This document shows, piece by piece, positions 8,083 through 17,400 of a stretch of DNA of 64,000 bases. This DNA comes from Candidatus Krumholzibacteriia bacterium. GTDB taxonomy: Bacteria; Krumholzibacteriota; Krumholzibacteriia; JAJRXK01. The notes beneath the pieces are model-generated. The model saw nothing but the letters and a program-made list of their open reading frames with translations, had not been told where the DNA came from and searched no databases. Position 1 is the first letter of the stretch, and every line of letters starts with the position of its first letter. The stretch spans positions 1 through 64,000 of the forward strand of contig JBGPIA010000002.1 of assembly GCA_041484665.1 (NCBI GenBank), written 5' to 3'. Made by a program: the position numbers and the translations under genes.

Positions 8083-9504
8083 ATGCTCGGGCCGCTCGCC
8101 TCCTGGCTGTTCGCATGCACGCTGATGCTCTGCCCGCTGGTGGGCATGTGTGTGGTCACCCTGGCGGGTGGCCGCTCGCTCGGTGTCGGGGTGCAGCCTG
8201 CCTACGTGACCTTGGGCGCGCTGATTTTGGTGCTGTTGGCGGCCGCGCTGCGCGGCCGGCGCGCACGGGGCCACCGCTGCCGGCCTTGGGGACCGGGCGG
8301 CTGGGTGCTGCTCGCTGCCGTGCTGTGGACGGTGGCCGGGGTCTCGGCGCTCTGGCGGCTCGACGACGTGGGCCTGGCAGGCGAGGCTCCTTGGGCCAAG
8401 GGCCTCAAGCAGAGCCTCCTGCTGCTGTTGCACGTCACCGCCGCCTGCGCGCCGGTGTGGGTGCTGCGCTGCTCGCCCGTGCCGCGCCGGGAGCTGCAGC
8501 GCTGGGAACGGGGGGCCACGATCGGTCTGGCGCTCGCCGCGGCGTACGGTCTGCTGCAGGCCGCGACGTTCTACGTGCGCGTGCCCGGCGCCTCGCACCT
8601 CGCGCGCTGGGTGACGTGCAATCCGTCGCTCGCCTCCGGCAGCCACGAGCTCTACCTCGGGCACCGGTTCGTGGGCATTCCGCGCATCTATTCCACGGGC
8701 TGCGAGCCGCTCTACTTCGCGAGCTACCTGCTGGCGGCGGTGCCGGTGGCGTGGGCAGCGGCCGCGCGCACCCGTGGTGTGGGACGGCTGGCGCGTCTGG
8801 CGGCCGCGACGGCGGGGACGATCTGCTTCGTGCTGACCTTCGCCCGCGGCGCCTACCTGGGGGCGGCCGTGCTCGTTGCGTTGGTCGTGGCCGGCATGGC
8901 CCACGGGCAGCTGCCGCGCCCAGCGCCGCGGCGCGCCGCGCTGGGTGGCGCGCTGCTGGTGGTCGGCATCGCGAGCGGGGCCGGGCTGCTTGCGGGCGTT
9001 GCGCCCTGGCAAATGCCGGCGCTGCTCGCGCGGCGTCTCGCCCAGTCGTTCGCCGCGCACGATATGTCCAACCTCACGCGGCTGTTCGCGTGGCGCGCTG
9101 CGCTCCTGCTCGCACGACGCCACCCGCTGGCCGGTGTCGGCTGGGGTGGGTTCGGATTCTGGTTCTATCGCGTCACGGCGCCGGGGGAGGAGGCCGCCCA
9201 TTTCGGATGGCCCACGTCGAACAGTCTCCCGCTGCTGATCCTGGCCGAAACGGGGCTCGTCGGGCTCATACTCTGGGGTGCGGCCGTGCGCCGGCCACTC
9301 GCGGCGCTGCGACTCCGTGGCGGGCCGCCGGCCGGTGGCGGCCGGGCGGAGGCCTATCTCCTGGCGTGCGCGCTCGCGGCGGTGCTCACGCAAATGCTCA
9401 CGTTCCATCAGATCCATCTGCTTCATCCTGCTCTGTTGATTGGAGTTACTGCTGCGGTGGCAGGCCGGCTCCCATCAGGGAGCCGCCCGGAGCGGTTGGT
9501 CTGA
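8083..9504 (+). CDS. O-antigen ligase / Wzy polymerase family protein
   Basis: Multi-TM protein. PRIYST.CEPLYFASYL, LTFARGAYLG, SNLTR..AW..A...HPLAGVGWGGF, NSLPLLILAETGLVG. Confidence 0.85.
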   Translation: MLGPLASWLFACTLMLCPLVGMCVVTLAGGRSLGVGVQPAYVTLGALILVLLAAALRGRRARGHRCRPWGPGGWVLLAAVLWTVAGVSALWRLDDVGLAGEAPWAKGLKQSLLLLLHVTAACAPVWVLRCSPVPRRELQRWERGATIGLALAAAYGLLQAATFYVRVPGASHLARWVTCNPSLASGSHELYLGHRFVGIPRIYSTGCEPLYFASYLLAAVPVAWAAAARTRGVGRLARLAAATAGTICFVLTFARGAYLGAAVLVALVVAGMAHGQLPRPAPRRAALGGALLVVGIASGAGLLAGVAPWQMPALLARRLAQSFAAHDMSNLTRLFAWRAALLLARRHPLAGVGWGGFGFWFYRVTAPGEEAAHFGWPTSNSLPLLILAETGLVGLILWGAAVRRPLAALRLRGGPPAGGGRAEAYLLACALAAVLTQMLTFHQIHLLHPALLIGVTAAVAGRLPSGSRPERLV

Positions 9505-10653
9505 ATGTTGCGTGTCCTGATCCCGGCTCTGCAAGTTGGACCCGGGCAGACCGGGGTGGGGGGGTACACGCTGGAGCTGGTCCGCGGGATGATCTCGCAG
9601 GTCCAGCCCGACGACGAGGAGATCATCGTCGCCGCGCCCCAACTGGAGGCGTTCGCGTTCCTCGCCGGCAGGCCCGGCTTTCGCACGGAGAAGATTTCGC
9701 TTCCCGCGGCGGGCCCCGGCGGTCGTATGATGGCCATCCACACCCGGGTGCCGGCGCTCGGTCAGCGCCTGGGAGTGGATGTGGTGCTTGCTCCGAACTT
9801 TATCGCTCCCGTGTGGGGGCGATTCGCGACCGCAGCGACGGTGCACGATCTCACCTTCCTGCGGTTCCCGAAGACCACACCACTCGCCAAGCGGCTCTAC
9901 TACACCGCGGCGGTCCGTCTCACCTTGCGGCGCGCCGCGCGCATCTTCGTCGACTCCCGCACGATCGCGGACGAGGTCGTGGACTTCGCCCCGCACGTCG
10001 CGGAGAAGCTGAGGCTCGCACCGCTGGGGGTTGCACCCGCCTACCTTGAGAACGGCGACCGCGCAGGGAGCCCCGCGCCGAGCGTGCAACGCGCACGGCG
10101 CGACCACTTCCTGTTCGTGGGCACCCTGGAGCCTCGGAAGAACCTGGTCCGACTGCTGATCGCTCACGGCAACCAATGCCGTGGGGATCCGCTCTTTCCG
10201 GAGCTCCGTCTGGTGGGCGGAAGGGGCTGGAGGGACGAGGGGATCCGGCGCGCGCTCGCGTCGCACCCCGATCCCTCCCGCGTCCTGCGTCTCGGCTACC
10301 GGGACGTGGCGGAGCTGCGGGCTGAGTACGACACTGCGCTCGCGCTCCTGTTTCCTTCGCTCTACGAGGGCTTTGGCCTGCCGGTCGTGGAGGCCATGGC
10401 CCGCGGGTGCCCGGTGCTCACCTCGCGCGGGATCGCCACCGAGGAAGTGGCCGGAGGCGCCGCCCTGCTCGTGGACCCTTCCGATGGGGAGGAGCTCGAG
10501 CGAGGGATGCGCCGCCTGGTCGATGATCCCGGCCTGCGCAGGCGCCTCGCCGACGCAGGCCACGTCCGCGCGCGGGAGTTCAGCTGGGAGCGCTGCGCCC
10601 GTGCGACTCTCGACGGCTTGCGCGAGCTGCGCGCCGGCGGGAGGACGCCCTGA
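9505..10653 (+). CDS. Glycosyltransferase family 4 (group 1)
   Basis: TVHDL, FVGTLEPRKNL, FPSLYEGFGLPVVEAMARGCPV. Confidence 0.95.
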   Translation: MLRVLIPALQVGPGQTGVGGYTLELVRGMISQVQPDDEEIIVAAPQLEAFAFLAGRPGFRTEKISLPAAGPGGRMMAIHTRVPALGQRLGVDVVLAPNFIAPVWGRFATAATVHDLTFLRFPKTTPLAKRLYYTAAVRLTLRRAARIFVDSRTIADEVVDFAPHVAEKLRLAPLGVAPAYLENGDRAGSPAPSVQRARRDHFLFVGTLEPRKNLVRLLIAHGNQCRGDPLFPELRLVGGRGWRDEGIRRALASHPDPSRVLRLGYRDVAELRAEYDTALALLFPSLYEGFGLPVVEAMARGCPVLTSRGIATEEVAGGAALLVDPSDGEELERGMRRLVDDPGLRRRLADAGHVRAREFSWERCARATLDGLRELRAGGRTP

Positions 10654-10665
10654 GGTGAAGGCATC

Positions 10666-12045
10666 ATGACCTCGCTGCTGACCCTCGCGGGTCTCTTGCT
10701 CGTCTCCGCCTTCGTGTCCCACGTGCTCATTCGGCCCGTGCGGCGCCTGGGGCTCGCCCTGGGCCTGGTCGACCATCCGAGCTGGCGACGCGCCCATCGC
10801 GAGGCGGTGCCCTGCAGCGGTGGGATCGCGATCTACCTGGCGGCGGTGTTGTGCGGCGTGGCGCTAGCCGCCACGGTCGGGCTGCCATTTCGCACGCCGG
10901 CGCTGCTATCGCTGGGTGTGGCCGGCTTGCTGACGCTCGTGCTGGGGGTGGTGGACGACCGTTTCGGCGTTCACGCCGAGAAAAAGCTGCTGGGCCAGAT
11001 CGTGGTGGTGCTCCTGCCGATGGCCAGCGGTCTGACGCTGCGCCACATCGCTCTGCCAGGGGTGGGCGACGTGCAGCTGGGTGTGCTGGCGTGGCCGGTG
11101 ACGCTGTTCTGGTACTTGGGATTCATCAATAGCATCAACCTCATCGACGGGCTCGATGGTTTGGCCGGGGGGATCGCCGCCGTCGTCCTTGGCTCCGTGC
11201 TCCTGGCAGTGGCTCCCGGCGACCCCGTAGCCGGCGCATGGGTGGTCGTGCTGCTGGGCTCGCTGCTGGGGTTTCTGCGCTCCAACCTGTCGCGCTCGCG
11301 CATCTTCCTGGGCGATGCGGGCTCGATGCTGCTCGGACTGTGGATGGCGGGCTTCACGCTGGGACTGGCACGCCAGGCGCCCAGCGTGCCCTGCCTGGCG
11401 ATCGCGGCCATGGTGGTCCCGATCGTAGACACCGCAACGACGATTGTCCGACGCCTCGGCCGGCGCGTGAGCATCTTCCGCGCGGACGACGAGCACCTTC
11501 ACCACAGGCTGCTGCGGCTTGGTGCGCCGGCGCCCCGCGCCGTGGCGACCCTCTGGCTGCTCACGCTGGCCGGTGCCGCCGCCGGTGCCGCGCTCCACGG
11601 GCAGGCCAGCGCCGGGGTGCTGGCGCTGGGCGCGTTCGCCGCGGTCACCATCGAGCTTGCCTGCACGCTTCCCCAGGGGGAGCGGCCGACCCTGGCGGAG
11701 GCCGTTCGGTACCTGCTGTGGCTGCCGGGCGCTTGGCTGCAGGACCGGCCACAGCCCCGGCTCGCCGAGGTGATCGAGATGCACCCCTACCGCAGCCAGC
11801 GGTCGCAGGCGCTGCGCAAGGCCAAGCTCGGCGCCGCATCCGCAGGGGACGCGGCCGTCGCCGACGCGCCGCTTGCCACTGCGGCGCGCCTGGACAACGT
11901 TGGCTCCTCGGCAGCACTGTCGGCCTCCTCGGCCCGTGCTCCGCGCACCGAGCCGGGTGCCGCGAGCGGGGTGCGGGCCGGCGAGGATCAGCCTGCCTCC
12001 GAGGAGCTCGATGTCCTTCTGGCCGTTACCGAAGACCCTCGTTGA
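10666..12045 (+). CDS. wecA: Undecaprenyl-phosphate GlcNAc-1-phosphate transferase (WecA/MraY family) with C-terminal extension
   Basis: GVVDD, NSINLIDGLDGLA, IFLGDAGS, HLHHRL. Confidence 0.88.
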   Translation: MTSLLTLAGLLLVSAFVSHVLIRPVRRLGLALGLVDHPSWRRAHREAVPCSGGIAIYLAAVLCGVALAATVGLPFRTPALLSLGVAGLLTLVLGVVDDRFGVHAEKKLLGQIVVVLLPMASGLTLRHIALPGVGDVQLGVLAWPVTLFWYLGFINSINLIDGLDGLAGGIAAVVLGSVLLAVAPGDPVAGAWVVVLLGSLLGFLRSNLSRSRIFLGDAGSMLLGLWMAGFTLGLARQAPSVPCLAIAAMVVPIVDTATTIVRRLGRRVSIFRADDEHLHHRLLRLGAPAPRAVATLWLLTLAGAAAGAALHGQASAGVLALGAFAAVTIELACTLPQGERPTLAEAVRYLLWLPGAWLQDRPQPRLAEVIEMHPYRSQRSQALRKAKLGAASAGDAAVADAPLATAARLDNVGSSAALSASSARAPRTEPGAASGVRAGEDQPASEELDVLLAVTEDPR

Positions 12046-12721
12046 TCTGCTGCGGGCGGGTGTCCGCCTGGGACCGGCGATGGAGCTGGGAGCGGGCGGG
12101 GGGGAGCTCGCCGTGCAGCTAGCGCGCGCCGGCATCCACCCGCTGCTGTTGGACCGCGCATTCCCCAGGGCGCCCTCATCCGGCGCGGCAGCTGACGCAG
12201 CCGCAGCCGTGCCATTGCTGGATGCGGGACGGGTCTGCGGCGACGCGCGGGCACTGCCGGTGCGCAGCGCCGCGCTGGGGCTGCTGATTCTGGGCAACGC
12301 GCTGCGCCACGTTCCCGCCGGGCACCGGCCGGTGCTGGGCGCCGAGGCCGCGCGCGCGCTGCGCCCCGGCGGTCTACTCGTAGTGTTGGAGGACGATCCG
12401 GCCGCGCGCACTGCCGCGGAGGCGAGCTACCGTACGGCGCTGGAGCTGCTCGCGGCGGCGGACCCCACGCGCGGCGCGGCGCTGTGGCCGTCGTTGGCGC
12501 GCGCTGCGTTGACTGCCGCGCTGGGCGAGCCCATCGCGGTGGGCAAGCAGCTCAACACACTGGCGGTGGGCGATCCGCAGGCGCCGCTGCGCTGGCTGCT
12601 CGCTCGCGGCGCGGCGCCGGACGTTTGCGAGCAGCTCGGCGCGCTGCGACGCTTAGTCGAGCAGCACGGCATGAGCTACGGGCGTTACTGGTTCCAGGTC
12701 TACCGCAAGGCAGAGCGATGA
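12011..12721 (+). CDS. Class I SAM-dependent methyltransferase
   Basis: ATG 12011 after GAGGAG. MELGAGGG, CGDARALP, NALRHV, RALRPGG. Confidence 0.8.
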   Translation: MSFWPLPKTLVDLLRAGVRLGPAMELGAGGGELAVQLARAGIHPLLLDRAFPRAPSSGAAADAAAAVPLLDAGRVCGDARALPVRSAALGLLILGNALRHVPAGHRPVLGAEAARALRPGGLLVVLEDDPAARTAAEASYRTALELLAAADPTRGAALWPSLARAALTAALGEPIAVGKQLNTLAVGDPQAPLRWLLARGAAPDVCEQLGALRRLVEQHGMSYGRYWFQVYRKAER

Positions 12722-14070
12722 AGCGGCGTCGCGTCGTCCTGCTCGGCGCGCTGGCCGTCTGGGGTCTGCTCGGCCTGGGGCACGCGCTGGCGCCGCCACA
12801 TCGGCGCGCGGACCTCGGTCGTTGGAAAGTTGTGGTCCTGCAGAGCGACGACTGGGGGCTGGAGGGCTGGTTCCCCGACCTGCAAGCGGCCGCGGCGCTG
12901 GCGGGAATGGTGCCGGGCCTGGCGCCACGGCTCGCCCCCTACCGGACCAGCAGCCTCGAGACCGCGGCCGATGTGGAGTCGCTCTGCACGCTGCTCGCGG
13001 CGCGCAGCGACGCCGACGGCCTGCCGGTGGTGCTGCAAGCGAATACGGTGGTCGCAGCGCCGGCCGTGTTCGCGGCGCAGGACTCCGCGACGCGGTGGTG
13101 CGCCGGCGGCCGGCCCGGCAGGGAGGTGCGCGTCGAGGGTTTCGTGCTGCACCAAGGTGGCAGCGCCCCGGGGCGCTACCACCGCGCCGGCCTCGCGGCA
13201 GCGGTCGACTCGGCCATCGCGCGCGGCGTCTGGGTCCCGCAACTGCACGGTCTGACCCACTTCGATCTGCCGGCGTACGCCCGGGCGCTGCGCGAGCACG
13301 ACCCGCTGGCGGAGCAGGCGCTGGCGCAAGGGACCCTGGCGTATCGGGGCTGGGCGCAGCAGGCGGAGCTGGGCTCGGCGGATCCCGTGCGTGCGCAGGC
13401 GCTGGCGCGTGTGAGCGTGGAGCTCTTCATCTGCCGCTTCGGGCGTGCGCCGGTATCGGTGATCGCTCCCGACTACGTGTGGGGCCACGACGACGAGCGG
13501 GCGTGGCGTGCGGCAGGGCTGCGCGTCGTACAGGCAAAAGAGGAGCAGTTCGATCCCGCGCATCCGCCGACGTCGCTGCGCGGGCGCGCGCGCAAAGCGC
13601 TGGCCCGCTGGTGGGATGCGCGCCACTTCTCCCTGGTCTACCTGCGCCGGCCGGTGCGCCTGGAGCCGTACGGCAACCCCGATCCTGCCGCGCCGGAGGG
13701 CGCGCTCGCCGCACTGCGACAGGTGCGCGCGGCGTGGAGCCGCCGGGAGCCCGCGATCGTGGCCATCCACCGCGTGCAGCTCTCCAACCTGGAGCCCGCG
13801 GTGGCAGTCGCGGGACGCCTGCAGCTCGCGCGCTTCCTCGACGTCTTGATTGCCCACGATGGCGCGCGCTTCCTGGTCGACGAGGAGGTCGCGCAGCTGT
13901 GGACGACCGGCGTGTCGGCGGTGCGGCGCGGCCGCTGCCTCGTGGTGCGCAACTACAGTGGCGGCCTGGCCTGCGCGCCGGGGACGCTGGGCGCGGGCGC
14001 GGCGATCCAGCCTGGCACGCGCGTCCTCCCACTCCCGGCGGCCGAAGAAAATTCTCGGTCCGTACGTTGA
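12718..14070 (+). CDS. Membrane-anchored polysaccharide deacetylase-like protein (NodB/CE4-like fold)
   Basis: ATGA overlap and signal anchor. VVVLQSDDWG, PQLHGLTH, FGRAP.SVIAPDYVW, IVAIHRV. Confidence 0.7.
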   Translation: MKRRRVVLLGALAVWGLLGLGHALAPPHRRADLGRWKVVVLQSDDWGLEGWFPDLQAAAALAGMVPGLAPRLAPYRTSSLETAADVESLCTLLAARSDADGLPVVLQANTVVAAPAVFAAQDSATRWCAGGRPGREVRVEGFVLHQGGSAPGRYHRAGLAAAVDSAIARGVWVPQLHGLTHFDLPAYARALREHDPLAEQALAQGTLAYRGWAQQAELGSADPVRAQALARVSVELFICRFGRAPVSVIAPDYVWGHDDERAWRAAGLRVVQAKEEQFDPAHPPTSLRGRARKALARWWDARHFSLVYLRRPVRLEPYGNPDPAAPEGALAALRQVRAAWSRREPAIVAIHRVQLSNLEPAVAVAGRLQLARFLDVLIAHDGARFLVDEEVAQLWTTGVSAVRRGRCLVVRNYSGGLACAPGTLGAGAAIQPGTRVLPLPAAEENSRSVR

Positions 14071-14106
14071 ACTCATTATAAGTATTGTAGTTACCTGTCC
14101 AGCGGC

Positions 14107-14136
14107 TTGACACAGGCTGCTACGATCGGATACACT
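14107..14136 (+). promoter_or_regulatory. sigma70-type promoter for C25 peptidase gene
   Basis: TTGACA-N18-TACACT, preceded by an AT-rich stretch. Confidence 0.6.
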
Positions 14137-14400
14137 TGAGGTCTCGCAGGAGTCGGTGGCGCAGTGGTTCGCGCAACCGGCCGAGGGGCTCCTCCTTCCG
14201 GTTCCTCGCCGTCCTGGCTCGCGCTGTCGGTGCCGCGTGGCGACGGCAGCGCCCATGTCGAGCGGTAACGCATCTACGGGTGTCGGCAGACGGAGTCATT
14301 GCATCGACATGGCCCAGGTCCTGTTCAACCCGAACGTTCTCGATCGCGTCGGATTCGCGGTTCCCACGCCCGGCACCAGTTCCCCATCAGGAGGACATGC

Positions 14401-17400
14401 ATGGCTCCCGTCCGCCGGAGGCCAGTTCTCGCTCTCCCCCGCAATCTCCTCGTGCTCGGGGTCGTGCTGGCCGCCGCCGCGCTGGGGCCACCCCCCGGCC
14501 GAGCGGCGCAGTCGCAGTCGATCCATCGGAAGTTGAGCTTCAGCCCCGCCGACCTGCACATCGTCCAGACCCCAGCGGGCGCTCGTATGGTCATGAACGG
14601 TGCCCTGCAGCTGGAGGACGCCGGCGCGCCGCGGCTCCCCTTCTACCGGATACCGCTGGTGCTGCCGCAGGGCACGCGCGTCGCGGGCGTCACGGCGACG
14701 GCGACGGGCTGGACCTCGCTGGGTGCCGTCCCGACGCTGGAGAGCGCTCCGCCGCTCGCGTGCTCCGACGGTGGACAGGTCGAGGTCCACAGCTTTGCCG
14801 CGGCGGGCGCCGGGGCGGGCGCCGCAGCGGAGCCCTTCCCGCCGGTGCTCGCACGCGCAGCGGGGAGCGGCGTCCTCCACGGGTACTTCCTCGGGGCAGT
14901 GGAGGTGTTTCCGGTGCGCGTCGGCCTGGCCGGGGACGTGCAGCTGATGACCGGGTGCACGCTCGACGTGCAGCTTGCCCCTGTCGATGCGGGCGACGTC
15001 GCGCTGCGCCTGACCGCCTGGCCGGGGCGCGCGGACGACGATGCGTCGCAGGTGCGCGCACTGGTCGCCAATCCGGAGCAGGCCGCGGCCTGCGCGCCGC
15101 CGCCGGGAACGCCCGTCGAGCTGCTGCGCGCCAAGGGAGCCGCCGTGCCCGGCCTCGCGGCGAGCACCGACCAAGCGCTGGCCCCGGAGCTGGCCAACCT
15201 CAGCCTGACCGGCGCGGAGTACGTGATCGTCACCACGAACGCGCTCAAGACCCAGTTCCAGCGGCTCGCCGACGACAAGATCGCTCGCGGCGTGCCCGCC
15301 GTGGTGGTCACTTCGGAGTGGATCCTGCAGAACTTCCGCCACGGTGGCGACCCGCAGGAGACGATCCGGGGCTTCCTGCGCAACGCCTACCAACACTGGG
15401 GCACGCGGTACGTGTTGCTTGGCGGCGACACCGGCGTGCTGCCGCCGCGCTACGCGCGCAGCGCGTTCTACCCCCAGGGTGGCTACACCGACATCCCAAC
15501 CGACCTCTATTTCGCCGCTCTGGACGGCAATTGGAACAAGGACGCCGATGGCGTCTTCGGGGAGGCGTACACCACCTTCCTCGATCCCGGAGACGACTGT
15601 GACATGCTGGCCGAGCTGATGGTCGGACGCGCAACCGTTAACACGCCCACCGAGGTCAACGTCTTCATCAACAAGGCGCTGGCGTACGAGAACCCGCTGC
15701 ATCCCTCCTACGTTGGACGAGATCTCTTCCTCAGCGAGGTGCTCTTTCCGCAGAACTGGGACGGGATCTCGCCGCCCATCTTGGACGGGGCGATCTACAG
15801 CGAGGACATCATTTTCAACAAAGTGCTCGCTCCAGGGAACACGGTGGAGAGCTTTCGCCTGTACGAGAACGTCGGCGGGTACTTCGGGTCCACGCTGGAG
15901 ACCAAGGGCGCGGCGATGGATTCCATGCGCACGGGACACTTCGGTGGCGTCCACCACATCGGCCACGGGTTCTACTACAACATGAGCGTGGGCGATCTGA
16001 ACATCGTGGCCGCCGATGCCGACCAGCTGGCCAACGCCCCCAACTATTTCTTCCTCTACGCTCTCAACTGCAGCTCCGCCGCCTTCGACTTCGACTGCCT
16101 GATGGAGCGATTCCTGCAGAATCCCAACGGCGGCAGCGCGATCAGCATCGGCTCCAGCCGGGCGGCGTTCCCCACGACGGCCGATCGCTACCAGCAGGGA
16201 TTCTACAGCGAGGTGTTCGTCGCGGGGCACGTGCACGTCGGCGAGGCGATCATGAACAGCCGCGCGCAGTACGTGATGGCCGCCAACACGGTGGAGACCT
16301 CCGACCGGTGGACGCACTTCAGCTATTCGCTGTTGGGCGACCCCGAGCTGTCCATCTGGCGCAACGTGCCAGTGATGCCCAGCGTGACGGTGCCCGCGAG
16401 CATCACTCTGGGCACCGCATCGGTGTCCGTGGATGTGAGTAAGTCCGGGCAGCCCGTGGCGGGAGCCCGCATCACGCTGCGCAAGGCCCCCGAGGACTAC
16501 CAGAGCGTAGTCACCGCCGGCGGCGGGCCCACCGTGGTCCCGTTCCGCGCCCTCACGACCGGCACGATTGCGATCACGGTCACGGGTCCGGACCTGCTGC
16601 AGTTCGCGTCGACGATCCAGGTGCTGCCCGCCACCGCCGCGCATGTGCAGGCCAGAGCGGAGGTGCTCGACGACAACGCGGTCGCCCCCAGTATCGGCGA
16701 CGGCGACGGCATCGCCGACGCGGGAGAGACCGTGGAGTGGGGCTTCCGCTTCACGAACAACGGTAGCGGCGCCTCGGCCACCGCGGTGGGCGCGGTGCTG
16801 CGCAAGACCAGCGCCCCCGGGGTTACGGTGCTGGACAGCACGATTGCCGTGGGCACCCTCGCCGGCGCCGCGAGCGTGGTGCCGGCCGACCGCTTCGTCT
16901 TGGCGTTGGATCCCGGGGTGCCCGACGGAACCATCCTGACGTTTCGGCTGGTGGTGAGCAGCGGCGCCAAGCAGTGGAAGCAGGACGTGGCGCTGGTGGC
17001 GTATGCGCCGGAGGTGGAGGTCGTGCGGCTGACCGTGGACGATGCTACGTTCGGCAACGGGGATGGCGTGATCCAGGCCGGGGAGAATCTGCGCTTGCTG
17101 GTGCAGCTGCGCAATTTCGGCGGCGGCACAGCCAACGTGGTCACGGGCACACTCAGCACGCTCTCGCCCGACGTCTCGCTGCTGACGGCCGTGAACACGT
17201 GGGGCCCGCTCGCACTCAAGCAGGTGAGCACGGGAGCCGGTTCGTTTAAGCTGGCGGAGTCCAACGTCGCAGTCGAGAACACGGTGCTGCTGACCCTGGC
17301 CGACGAGCGCGGCCACGTCTGGTCCCACAGTTTCGAGCTGCGCCCGCCCAGCCCGCCCGACGCGCCCCAGCTCGACACCGCGGTGGGCACCACCAGCATC

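Noticed and set aside
6750..10049. 1099-aa alternative-frame plus-strand ORF
   Set aside because: Arg/Ala/Gly-rich off-frame read-through across three real genes.
14150..14200. tRNA-like fragment (ggtggcgcagtggtt...)
   Set aside because: It resembles a D-arm only, with no T-arm, anticodon arm or acceptor stem.
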